A DNA stretch of 64,000 nt from Pecten maximus (taxonomy: Eukaryota), in the NCBI RefSeq assembly GCF_902652985.1, contig NC_047030.1:22444001-22508000 (forward strand), read 5' to 3'. Shown here piece by piece: positions 25,646-38,904 of this stretch (positions within the stretch are counted from its first letter, which is position 1; every line of letters begins with the position of its first letter). The translations under genes and the position numbers were made by a program. Under the pieces are notes generated by a model that worked only from the letters and a program-made list of their open reading frames with translations, did not search any database and was not told the DNA's origin.

Positions 25646-28318
25646 GAAATCGAATGAAGTTTGACATACTAAGAGCTAAAAGAATGTTAAAAAAACATAA
25701 ATCAAACATTTTAATGAATAATTTTATGAATATTAATTAATGAAGATTATACAAACTGATGAATAAAAGAAAAGGGGAGATGCAAAAACGATTCATTAAT
25801 ATTGTAAATCCAACGACGGATCCCCCTCCTTTAAAAAGTACAACTGTTAACATCTTGAATTAAAGTGACACAAAGATTGTTTAAATGGCACACACGTTTT
25901 TATCATCTAATAATACGCAGGTAATAACGTCTACAAAGTAGCAAAAACACCAGCTATTTTGTGTAATGCTTAGAAAGAAACCTCTGAACTTTACAGTTTG
26001 ACAGTTTGATGAATCACACAAGGATTGTATTTTGTCTCAAGTCCTTGCTGAGCGGTATAAACTATAAATAAAGCTGTAGGGGGTAAATATCTCAAAGGAC
26101 TTCACAAACGACATACAACTGATTACCACCCTTAAATATGAATGAAATGTTAAAGGTGTCTCCAAAATGTAAAGTTACCTCATGTAGCTTAGTGTTAAGT
26201 GAAGAAAAGAAACATAATATGGACGTTATGGCAAAATATTTTAATGAAATTCAAAGAGATAAGCATGGAAACACTTTTCAATGCATATGCAGTACTTAAA
26301 GTAGGAAATGGAAATATATGCAGAGGTGTGATACGTGAGTTGTAATAATACAGGTATGTTCTTGTACAACCTGTGACACTTAATATGATTTGAATATGAA
26401 TATAATCAGAATGCAGTTATATTAGTCCAATCACGTAAATGTTTAACATGGACATAATTGAAAAATAATTTATTTTTGTTTTCGTTTTTGTTTTCGTAAC
26501 AATTGATGTGTATGCTTTTACCGACAAAAATCTACCAAAATCAATCTTTGTGAAAATGCTTTTTACGCCATAATTGTGATAATAAAATGATCATAATTGC
26601 TAACTTGTGACAAGCTTTGAAGTGTGACATCTTGGGTAATACTGTATATGGGAGGAATGACTATATTGCAATAACAGACCAGTATAAAACAGATAGCTGA
26701 GACAAATCAGAAGGAACTATTACAGCAAACATATCATACATCATGAATATTGCTAAAAAGCATTCAAATGTTGGACATTTTAACTTTTATAGTATTTTGA
26801 ATACGGAGCAGATTTTGATAATCATTAATATCAATATTAGCTTAGAGTAATTGGATTTAAACATGGAATACGCATCTAATTTTCTTGCAGGTTCTTAAAA
26901 GTAAGAGGTTTTAATTTAATGTAAATGAAATTTATTAAGTTGGCCATTTGAGTTGATTTTGAACTATTCAAATGTCCATATTGATTGATTTCCCAATTTT
27001 TTTTTTATAAATATGAAGGGCTAAAGCTGAAAAACTCTTCATTTTCTGTACGAGCAAAAATGACATATTGCTAAAGGTATTTGGAAATTATGAAACAAGA
27101 CGATCAATACCCTTTTCTCGTGAAGATTTGACCGAACTATTAAAAATGCTACATGTTCATCATTTTGAACAACAAAAATGGGTATATGTATTTTGCGTTT
27201 TATCTGATTAATATTTTCATTCCTTACCACAGTATACACTTTGGAACAAAATTATGAAGGTTTAGGAATGTTGAACTTCAATTATTAAATGAAAACATCC
27301 ATTAATGATGTCTTTTCTTGCAATGTCATCAGTTAATCGGATAAAACTTACAGTTCAGGCAAAACTGCACATAATAATGTTTCCACAGTTAGACTTTCGA
27401 CGTATATGTAAAATGATCTTAACAAAATCTTATCAAGTATTTCAAATAAGCGATGCACTTACATCAAAGGATAAAAAGAACTTTTGAGAGTTTGCTTGTC
27501 CCTTTTTAAACTACAAGTTGCAGGAATAGGCATATCATTCATTATTGATAAACAATAATCAAACAGCACATTTGGCCCAGTTTGTTGCTGAATAACTTTT
27601 CGTGACTACATAGGTAGGTAGATGTCTTTGTACCTACATTCTTTTGTTTCTATTAGAACATGTGATAACCAATGTATTTTATAGCCCTCCATCTCCATCG
27701 TTAACATACATATACAATACTAGACAACGATTGCTTATGTCCAAAACCAACCTTTTTATTACTGGTTTCTGTAATTATTAACTTCACAGTAATAATATTT
27801 AATATGTCGTGTTTCCACAGTGATTCCATGGTGATATGGCTGTTGGAGATAGTGGAGGTTTACAGTGTGTATACTTGTTAGAATATCACAATGGTTATAC
27901 ATGTAATAAAGAAGAGGCCATGCATCAAATATTGGCTCCAACTCTTTGCAGGTATTACAATTATTCATGATCAGAACTATTACTATATCTCCCTTTACTG
28001 TTCTACAGTTGCGAGTGTAAATACATTTGTATTGTGAAGAACTACGCCATTGATTATCACATTATATCACATTCTCACATTATGTTACATTCTCGCATCA
28101 CATTCTCATATAATATCACATTCTCACATTACTATATCATATACGCACATTGCATCACATACATTATATCACATTCTCACATTATATCCCATTCAAGTTG
28201 GAATCAATGAAACTAACAAATATCATCTGCTTTGTTTGTCCATGAACTGGACCAGTTTATCATCAATAAGCGCCTTATGAAAAAATAAGTGCACAAGCCG
28301 CCTGCTTCTGCCAAATCC

Positions 28319-29195
28319 TACGATGGCCGATATCAGCCGTCACGTTACTCGCATTTATGTGATGTGAGTAACCTGACATAGTAAAAATCACATGACGGGT
28401 TACTAGCATGTGATAGGAGTAACCTGGCATAGTAAAAATCACATGACAGGTTACTAGCATGTGATGCGAGTAACCTGACATAGTAAAAATCACATGACAG
28501 GTTACTAGCATGTGATGCGAGTAACTGTACACAGTCGCGAATGAGATGACTGTACACTTACAAAACCCATTAACATTCCAGAGTATAGTTTTACTAGACC
28601 TTTCAAAAGAGGTTATCATGGCGACTGTAGACAATGGTTTTATAAGCCAAGGTGTGGCATGTATATACAATGGAGCTCGTGTAGTCTTGTCAATTCATTA
28701 TTTGACCACAGACTAATTTTTTTTTGCAACAGATTTTTTTTTTTTATTTTTCCTGTAGATTGGTATATTTATGTGATAGAAAAAAAATGCCCTAAAATCT
28801 AAATGGGGGGAAATGGTTTTATTCACCAAATCGAATTGAGGAAATAAGAGAAATTGACCAATATTATACTCTTGAGTGACATTGGACGAGAGATTTTGTA
28901 TGCAACACAAATAGACTAAAATAGTCAATTGGAACCATATGTACTATACTGTACAAAGCCACCTGTCATGTGATTTTTACTATGTCAGGTTACTCGCATC
29001 ACATGCTAGTAACCTGTCATGTGAGTTTTACTATGTCAGGTTACTCGCATCACATGCTAGTAACCTGTCATGTGATTTTTACTATGTCAGGTTACTCGCA
29101 TCACATGAGAGTAACCCGTCATGTGATTTTTACTATGTCAGGTTACTCGCATCACATAAATGCGAGTAACGTGACGGCTGATATCGGCCATCGTA
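28319..29195. mobile_element. Fold-back MITE, second copy (3 + 4 units)
   Basis: Same TIRs and junctions as 6875..7794, with one fewer 51-bp unit in the right arm. Confidence 0.92.
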
Positions 29196-30290
29196 AAAAT
29201 AACATACATGTGAGCTTATCAGAGCTTTGGAGGGAGTGAATATGACTGATTTAGATTTTCATAACAGGTCTCATGTATATTAAGAATCTGAGAATTTCGA
29301 CAAATTATTTAACAAAAAACACTGGTAAAATCCCTAACTCGCGCCCCAGCGTGATGCCTATTTTTATATATTCAGAATTAGTTACTAATGTTTTAAATAT
29401 GCCCATTAATAATCAAAATAACTAAAAAAGTCATCACTTGAACGGTCCTATTCTATCATGATCCTGTAAATCGTCAAAGTGGAATAAAGCATCCGTGTCA
29501 AGTCCCTGTGTCAGGCGGTCGTTACCTCGCATCCATTATAAACAATTTATACCAGGAAGATCAATTGATCAAAATGGACAATCAGTAAACATTCAATTAA
29601 TGCTTTGCTTTCAGTCAGTTGTAGAGCCCGTGTCAAAGTTACAACCAACTCTGTAACATATTTCGCAAAGATGGCTGTTCAGTTCGAATCAGACACCCGG
29701 AGAACAAAATCTAGTTATTACTCTTCCGCGCAGCTGATGGAGCGTTTTTATAATGATTTCTAAACTCGTTAAACAAATCAATTTTGCAACTTAATTATGC
29801 TATTTTTAAAATGTTATATAGTAAATGTGCTGCCTTATCGTATTTTTGTGTATTTAATACAGATTAGTCATTCTCTCATGGCGGACTATTTTTAAACACA
29901 AACCATTAGACTTCCACAAATTTTACTATTTAAAGATTTCTTAAATTATTTAAGTGCAAATGCGTGTTAACTCAAATATAAGGATTGCATGTTGCTTCGG
30001 TCGATTGTATGGGGTGATGAGTTGAGTTGCTCTTGAGACAAATTCAACATGAACTGCTTCGCGGTGAATTCATCTCAAAGACACCTCTAGACTAACATTT
30101 AATCATTAAATGTCAGTACCATGGTATCATTTAACAAGTATCCTACCTACGATAATTTTACGACATTAAGACGAAAGAAGATTGTATATGCGTGAATACA
30201 AAACTGTAAACTACTAAACTTTTATTAACACACGTCATCGGATAATATACCTTTAAATAGCGAGCTCCACTACATATTCTCAGTAGTCTG

Positions 30291-31052
30291 ATGACATATC
30301 ACTTCGCCGATACTGGAACCACTCGGACAAGCAGAAAAATGAATGACATTGCCACCTCCAAACTTCTATTCCGGAGTATTATGAAGGGACATTATAAATC
30401 AGTGAAGATATTGGTGGACGGGGGAGCTGATATTAACATCACTGACAAGGATGGGCAAACGCCTCTGGTGAAGGCTTGTCTAGAATTAAATATATCATCA
30501 ATATCAGCCACAGATACATCGTCTTCCAGGTACAAGATTGTGCAATATTTACTTCAACATGGCGCCAACCCTACTATAAAAGATAAGCGGGGACGATCAG
30601 TAACTGAAATGGGCCTGCCTTCTTGTTTGGATAGATGGTTAGATGACAGGACTCACAGAAATAAGAAATTCAACTCCAGATCGTTCATCAACGCAAATAA
30701 TGATGATCATTTTCAAGGAAAACACGGCCAATGTTTGGATGTTCAAGAAGGACGGATACACGGAGATTTTAGTATGAAGAGAATTGATACAGAGACAAAG
30801 TCGTTTCCTTTGCAAGGCAACAATGACAGCCTTAGTGCTGGGTGTTTACAGGTCTACAGTAACACAGACGGCAAACCCCTAATTGGAATCACAAGAAAAG
30901 GGGTAAGACAAAATGTTTCTAAAATCCACAAAAGGAAATATGAGGCGAGCACAGCGGACACTAAAGATAACCAAGAGGAATGCAGCGATCATTGTCAATC
31001 AGGTGTAGACTTTGTACGTTTGGGTGATGTTAACATCTCATTGGTTGACTGA
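30291..31052 (+). CDS. Ankyrin-repeat protein, 253 aa, ANKRD34-like N-terminus, copy B
   Basis: Intact ORF; differs from copy A by T14S, W112C and A221T. Confidence 0.85.
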   Translation: MTYHFADTGTTRTSRKMNDIATSKLLFRSIMKGHYKSVKILVDGGADINITDKDGQTPLVKACLELNISSISATDTSSSRYKIVQYLLQHGANPTIKDKRGRSVTEMGLPSCLDRWLDDRTHRNKKFNSRSFINANNDDHFQGKHGQCLDVQEGRIHGDFSMKRIDTETKSFPLQGNNDSLSAGCLQVYSNTDGKPLIGITRKGVRQNVSKIHKRKYEASTADTKDNQEECSDHCQSGVDFVRLGDVNISLVD

Positions 31053-33852
31053 CAACACTTTTGGAGGCGTATTCGTGACATTGTGTATTCCTATTTAAGT
31101 TAAACAGTCTAGATCATGTATGCTTTTGACTAGACTCAGGACATGTACTGAAGTGATACTTGTTGATATTTACGTTGACTACATAACCTGTGTACAATTG
31201 TAAGTAGCATGTACTATGATATAAAGAGCTCAAATAAACGTTGAAAAGAATATTTTGTCGTTGTTGTTGCTTTTTTAAACGATCTATAAATTTTACAGTT
31301 GACGTAAAATAAATAATTATTTCTGTGATTGAAAGCAGGTCATATTGTTGTTGTTTGATTTGTACGCACATATAATCTTAAGATCTGCCATTCAGGGAAA
31401 TTTAAAGTGTTTGTATTCAGAGAGGTGTGTTCAACTTTTACAGTTTTGTAAAAATAGAGTTATCAAGAAATATTAATCCTGTCCTAGATTAAATCCACTT
31501 TTTAATAACAAACTTTCCATACAAAACATAAGGCAGTGTCCTTATAATTACTTCTACAAATAGACATAATTGTTTCCACTCTGGTTTAATATTAGTCATT
31601 TCAGAGTAAAAGATTTTGAACGAAGAAGTCAGCCAGGGTTGATATTGAAGAATGTCCTTTATGAAATCCATCTATTTGTTTATATGTATTGTTGTGTTCG
31701 TCAGCTCTTCCTATTGACGTAACAGAATCTACAACTGTGAAACTCTGCGGGTAACGTATCTCGAAGGAAAAAAACACCAGCCTTTATCACCTGCAACTGA
31801 ATTCAGTAAACAACATCATATCATAATAAATACATTATGGTTCATGCAAAGAGTCAACATACATCACCTGATGGTTAGTCTTATTAGTTACTCAACGTTT
31901 AAGGTCGGCTTGTTATTTTCCTTAATTCTGATATTAAATCAATGACTTCATATTTGTGTTTACTGTCGTAATGAAGAGCTGACAGCCACTGTAACTATAA
32001 ACCACTGGGGGTAAAGTATCTGAAGTAAATGCTATACAAGCGTTGGTAACATTCAAATATGAAAAGTGATAAAGAAAATACCATAATGAATATGTGATGA
32101 TTCCTATAAAGAGTCCAATGACTCCATCTGATAGTAAGCAATTAAAGTAGTTTAGTGTTAAATGGGGATACTGTAGTTATCCTGATATGTGTATAACACT
32201 GTCAGTATATAGTTATCATCACGTTAGTTAATAGTTTCAATATATTTTAATCGTACCTTAGATATATGATCTCAATTCACCTCACATCGATGATGTTGAT
32301 TTTGATTCACTCCTCTACTTTGTTGCATCCTGCCATAAACAACCCCACTTTTCAACAAAAAGCTTCGCAAACAAAATATAAGACAGTCTTCTTTTAGTTA
32401 CTACTAATTGATATATTTTTCAACTATGATATGTGTTTATATATGTGCTATGTTAAGTCAATATTGCTCAACTTTTAACGAAGAAGACATCCATTGTTGA
32501 CTTGTTGCTTTAATCAATTCTGAAATTGAGTTGTAAACGTCATTTCTTTGTTCTCCTTTTTGCGAGTTAACACCTGACACTAACTGTAAACCACATGGGG
32601 TAAAGCACCTTAAAAGAAATGTCACACAAGCGTTGATGACATTCAAATATCAATTAAGTAAAACCATCAATGCGCTAATGAATTTGTGATGGCTCCTATA
32701 AAGAGTCAAATTACCACACCTGATGGCAAGCCATGTAGCTTAGTATTAAATGAAGATAGGAATTGTTGTAGTATGTGTAAAACACTGTCAGTATATAGTC
32801 AGCATGTGTGTAGCTAATAGTTTCAATGCAATTTAATCATTTGATTTTATTATTTGATACAATTCTGTCTTTTAATGTAAGCTTTCAATTTATCTCTATT
32901 TAACAACACATCCATAGTGTTAAATTTGATTCCCTTAATTGTATGCCTACTAATTTAACAGTTATAATTAGAGAATGTTTTTTCAAGAAGAGCAATTATA
33001 GAATAGAAAATTCGATGAAATTGAAAGAGCGTTTGATCGATTTTGGGCATCCGCTCTTCCAAAAAAAAAACAAAAAAAACCCCAAAAACCAGCCCTCAAA
33101 TTGGGCCGTAGGACTTTCTTGTTTAAAAAAATAATCTGATGGACGGAATCAACAACTCCACTTTTCAACAATACGCTTTCCACACGAAACATAAGATAAT
33201 CTCCTTTTAGTTACTACTAATCGACTTAATTGTTTCGACTTTGGTATCATAAAAGTCATTTCAGAGTAAATATTGTTTGATTTAGGACGAAGAACACAGC
33301 CAAGGTTGATATTGAAGAATGTTCTTGATGACAAATCTCAATCTTCTATTTGTTTGTATTTGAATGATATTATGATGAAGGTCACATATTTTTTATATTT
33401 AAAGTGTGAGGTCTTGTTGTTTTCTTTAATTCTAATATCGAATAGTTGTGTTCGTAAACTCTTTTTAATGAAGACATGACAGAAACAACAACTGTGAAAC
33501 TCTCCGGGTAACGTATCTCAAAGGAAATAAAACACAGGGGTTGATCACCTGCAAATATGAATTCAGTAAACAACATCATATCATGATAAATAAGTGAAGG
33601 TTCCTACAAAGAGTCATTACCCCACCTGAAGGTAAGCCATGTAGTTTAGTGTTATATGAAGACAGGAATGAGTAAAATACTTTCAGTTTATAGTTTTCAT
33701 GTGTGAAGTTAATAATTATTGAAACAATTATGTTCTTAACTGTATGCTTCCAACTTATCACTCTCTAATACCACATCCATAATGTTAAGTTTGATTCCCT
33801 AAATCGTATGCCTATCAAATGCCAGTCTAGAATTAAATATACTATAGTTATC

Positions 33853-34055
33853 ACGCACAGATACATCGTTTTCCGACATTACGCCAGCCCCATTATAAAA
33901 GACAAGCAGGGACGCTCAGTAACCGAAATGGGAAATATACAGGGGAATAAGACCTCAAACTCCATATTGTTACAAACACTAATAATGAGTGTAATACTTG
34001 CGAACCAATCTGTTGCGACCATTTTCAAGCAAAGACACAGCCAATGTTTGCATGT
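33853..34055 (+). pseudogene. Internal ankyrin-gene fragment interrupted by the Helentron-type element
   Basis: PIIKDKQGRSVTEMG; paralogue of 12335..12555. Confidence 0.8.
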
Positions 34056-37000
34056 ATGGAATGAAGTGCAGTAAGGAGGCGATAACGGAGTTATCGTTCC
34101 TTACGGAACGGAATGTAGACACGGCTACTTCGGCCTATTTTGCCGCATATAGTCGCGATTTGAGCGCAGAGAAAACGGCTCGATACATTTTGATAAAACT
34201 TTCTACACTTGTAAAACTCGGTGTGATCTAGGTCCTGGCTTATCCGGTATATCTGGGAAAAATCTAGTTATGGAGATATTTTGGGTCAAAGAGGCCAAAA
34301 TCGACACTTTGACTGTTGGTTTCTGTATAAATCGGTCTGGAGATTTCAATCTTAAATCTGACGAAATGACCCTCCAAGAATAGAAAGTAGAAGTAATTCC
34401 GAAGAAAACCGTCTGTTTAGTTTTTCGATATCTTTATCAGAACGGTCACAATATTGTATTGAAAATGGCCTATTTTTTCGACCCTCTCAGTATTTTTCCA
34501 CTCGACAGGGGTATTTTGATAGCAGACGATCGCATGTTTTGATGACGTAACGCCCATCCTGAACTCGTCACGAAAGTTTGTTGTGTAAGCCGGCTGTTGA
34601 TTGAACTGCTCGGTGAACTGGGTTCAGTTGTATTTTACTGTCACTGCCAGTATATATTGGTATTTTTTCAACATCAGAGGCAATGCTCCAGGATATAGAT
34701 ACTTTGTCACGATCATTGTATGTCGCTTTTCACAAACATGCATGCGAAAAATCAACCCAGCGTTCAGAATGTCAAGCAAATTCCCGAAGCCTCGTAGGCC
34801 TAACGCTTACGGTAAGTAAACTTGTTTGTTGACGTTGATGTAAACAGACGACGGTAAATATGCACGAAGAATAGTTCCTGTTTATTTGATATTTACTCTA
34901 GTGATAGGCCTGCTTTGTCTCCAAATTTAATTGATTGATAGAACTATTTCGATAGTCTGTGTATTTGTTTGTGACTAGCTTCGACTCTGTGATTGTTTAC
35001 GTCTAGAAATAACAACGGGAATCTCCAGATTGAGGTGACAAATGTACACAGAACCGTGTTCTCTCGGACACTATCTCGTGAACGAACACACACACAAGAC
35101 TACTTCTTTGCAACTTCTCTGATATATGAATTACCTTGTGAAAGGAGAAATGAAATAAATTTAAATTTTTACCGATCATATTCTGACATAGACTTACTAG
35201 AGTCCCGCGGTGAAGGGATGCCTTTCTCGGGCACAGCTGTCTTGCTACCTACTCGCACGCGAAAGACTAGCATTATCGGTGAACTTTATAAAAGTCATGG
35301 CAAGCATGAAAATTTAATGAAACAGTATTCTGGTCTATTATATTCAAATGCTTATTATAACTTGAAATTAAAGTCTGTAACATGCCCTTGATTGAGACTG
35401 TGCATTTGGACAGGGTTAAATCATTTCGTCTTTTGCATGAATGTAAATAAACAAAATTAATATAGTAAATTTTCAAATTCTTTGTTTCAAATACCATACA
35501 ACATATTTAAATCTTTCGCCTACATACAACGAAGAGAAGTAAAATGCATGAAAGCTGTTCTTACAAATTTTTGCTAAGATATTGTCAATTATTATGATTG
35601 CATTAACTGATTAAGTTAAATTAAGTTAATTTAGGTGGGAAAACATGTTATGTACAGTAGCTTTTTTAATATCTTGACTGAAAGTTCATTTCATCTTATT
35701 AGAAAAGGCATTATAAAAAATTATTTGACAATATCAGTGTTACCAGAATTCAGCTCTCACAATTTTGCAAAATATTCTTCGAAATGTCACCTGCACACAC
35801 GAAAATTAGTGGATTTTCAAATATCTTTGCCTCAAATACCATACCAACAAATTTAAACCTTTCGCTCGCATACACCGAAGAAAACAATGTGCGAGAAAGC
35901 TGTTCTGACAAATTTATGCTAAAATATTGTCAATTATTATGTCGAATTATGTTAAATTAAGTTAATTTTGGTGTGAAAACATGTAATGTTACTTTTTTTG
36001 TAATATTTTGATTTAAAATTCATTTCAACTTATTATAAATGGTATTATAGAAAATTATTTGACAAAATAAGAGTAACCAGAATTCAACCATTACAACTTT
36101 ACAAAAAAGTCTTCGAAATGTCATCTGCACACAGGAAAATTATTGGATTTTCAAATATCTTTGCCTCAAATACCATACCTAGATATTTAAACCTTTCGCT
36201 CGCATACACCGAAGAAAACAATGCGCGAGAAAGCTGTTCTGACAAATTTATGCTAAAATATTGTGAATTATTATGTTGCATTAAGTTAAACTCAGTTACT
36301 TTGGGTGTGGAAATATGTAGTGTATTTTTTTTTTTTTTGGCTTTTGAAATCAATTTCAACTTATTGAATATTACTCGACAAACTTAAAGAATTACCAATA
36401 TTAAATTATCACTATTTTACAAAATATTCTGATTCAAAATGTCATCTACAAACAGGTAAACATGAGTAAATTTTCAAATATTTTACCTGCAATACTGTAC
36501 CATACCAACATATTTCAACTTTTTATTTACAATATGCTCTTGATAGCATGTGAAAGGCCTCCTATATGTTGTTAGGTGAGGTAGTCACCAGCTACTACAA
36601 GGAGACCCTACCTCAAAATGAATGGCTGTTCACGGGTTGATAATCCCAGCAAACATAACCCAAACATAGTTAAGAGTAAGACATGTCATTTATTTTCAGT
36701 GCTGTTTTGGTTGTGTCCTGGATAACATGCGAAAGGCCTCCTGCATGTTGTTCAGTGAGGTAGTCACCAACTACTACCCGGCCTTAACTAAGAGATACCA
36801 CTTTTTTTCAGAAACCTGCCAAACTGGTGTACACTGCTGCCTCATAACAGGTTGAAAAAAATTGATTTAAAAGAAAACATGATTGTTTACACTTGATTAA
36901 GCTTCATTTACATAAATTTTAGCTCAAATTCATTTAAAATTTAAAACTTGCAAATTACCTTATTTGTGATCTGGCAAAGATATTTAAGGGAGATAACTTG

Positions 37001-37644
37001 CTTATATCTGGTCTCATATATAAAATTGGTTATCAGTAATAATGAAATGATTACTGAATAATTAATGAATGTTTTATAACAAACTCAAAATGACTGTATG
37101 GATATATTTAGGCTGAATACTGGTTGATTTTGCCCGCTTTGTGAACCTGTAAATTTTGGACACAGGATTTTTACATCATATATATGACATTTTAAAATCT
37201 TAGATGGCATGTCACTATTTTATTGATTAGATTACTGTGCGTGTGTAACAGAGCGCATGATTAATTATATTTAAATCACTGCTATAGAGAAGAACTCTCT
37301 AGCCGAGCGGTATATTGCGGCTAGTATTTACCAGGGTTACATACTTCCCCTCCAGGAAAGAACTCGTCCTCAAGTTTACAGGAGTAACAGTGATGCTTGT
37401 GGAGCAATCCTGATTATTTTCCCCATGTCCCTACATGGGCCAATGTAACAGAGCGCATGATTAATTACATTTATATCACTGCCTCAGCTAGGGATTCAAC
37501 CCGGGACCTCTGGTACTCAGAGGCTTCTAATTACTGGTGGAAATTAGATATTGAGCGATTTTGACAAAACGTGCTCACACAGAGTTATCGCCCCTTACTA
37601 CACTTCATTCCATCTGTGACATCCTTCAGGTGTCACCCTCTAGT
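34056..37644 (+). mobile_element. Complete non-autonomous Helentron-type (HINE/DINE-like) rolling-circle element, ~3.6 kb
   Basis: 5' subTIR atggaatgaagtgcagtaaggaggcgataac with an overlapping hairpin; its inverse at 37584-37613; 3' stem-loop gtgacatc..ggtgtcac at 37616-37636. Inserted at T^T of tgcatgt^tacaga (empty site ~12537) with no TSD. Internal ~335-bp tandem units at 35470..36520. Confidence 0.88.
37244..37515 (-). mobile_element. Truncated copy of the tRNA-bearing TRIM, nested in the Helentron-type element
   Basis: Same LTR and internal sequence as 44930..45352. One LTR lacks the tRNA segment; the other is truncated. Confidence 0.85.
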
Positions 37645-38429
37645 TACAGAAGTACGTATATTACATAAACCGTATACAAGTTAAAGTAAACTGTATTATA
37701 CAAAGAGGTAAAACAAGAAATATTCACTTACATCTTTAATTGTATCCTGTCCTAGACAAATCTAATTTTCAATAATAATTTTTTCGACATAAAGCAGCCT
37801 CCTTTTAATTACTTCTAAAAAGACGTGACAGACACTATAACTATAAACCACTTCGGGTAAAGTATCTGAAGTAAATGATACACAAGCTTTGATAAAATTC
37901 AAATATGAAAAGTGATAAAGAAAATGCCGTAATGAATATGTGATGGTTCCTGCAAAGAGTCCGATAACTCAACCTGGTGGTAAGTTTGGTGTGTTAAAAT
38001 GACAGAAATCGTGTTACGTGAAAAATACTTTTGGTATATAGTTATCATGTGTGTAGTTAATGGTTTCAATGTATTTTAATCATACCTTAAAGACACGCTC
38101 TCAATTTATCTCAACGTAGAGTCAAATTCTTGAGATATCAATTATATATACATGCATATAATTAAAAGTAAATAATGTCCTGGTGATGGATGTAAATAAT
38201 AATAATAATAAAAACACAAACCAGAAAATCACAAGCACTGTTTGTGACGCGTCATCATTGTGTGCTATGCTTACGTCAAAACAACAGAGATTGATGACGT
38301 CATAAAATACAATGACCAAAAGTACACATTAATACCAAAAATGGATGACCTCAAAATAAAAAGATACACAATTAAAATGTATCTAAATGAAAACAACTGT
38401 TTTTACAGTAATATTGATTTGGAATTACG

Positions 38430-38885
38430 CAGAACTACATGAATTAAGACTTGGTTTCAATAGATTAATAAACATATTTTCTTTTGATTTCCTTTCTATA
38501 GCATCTGAGCTAGACATTTAGTATATAGGTAAAACATTAAAATCACTTTTAGAACATTTGTACATATGTTTACTAACTGGTAAAAATCTTAGATTGTCTG
38601 TTCCTATTTGCTGTCTATGCACTGTCATACGTTTTCTAATTTCGTTATCAGTCTGGCCACTGTAAAATTCTGAACAATGTTTGCAAATCAAAGCATAGAT
38701 AACATTTTTACAATTGCTTTGATTTGAAATTTAAATTCGTTTTTGAACGTAAAATTGGAGCATTCTATAAATATTTTACATGTACCACATCTAGGTCTAC
38801 CACATTTAAATATACACGGAATTTGCTGTTCGGAATCAAATGTTGAACGGCATAATAAAGGTTTCAAATTTCTTGGTTGTCGCAT
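38430..38885 (-). mobile_element. Penelope-like element 3' fragment: linker and GIY-YIG endonuclease
   Basis: RQPRNLKPLLCRS..CGRPRCGTC, then after a frameshift NVIYALICKHCSEFYSGQTDNEIRKRMTVHRQQI, and KENMFINLLKPSLN. Confidence 0.85.
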
Positions 38886-38904
38886 GTATATATATATATA
38901 TATA

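Larger units (their letters stand above)
25790..38120 (+). repeat. Segmental duplication unit B (contains the Helentron-type insertion)
   Basis: Near-identical to unit A from ~26600 onward; similarity resumes at 37645 after the insertion. Confidence 0.95.

Noticed and set aside
34993-35391. 132-aa ORF inside the Helentron-type element as Rep/helicase
   Set aside because: No HUH, tyrosine or helicase motifs; non-ATG start; not evident in the related copy at 62073.
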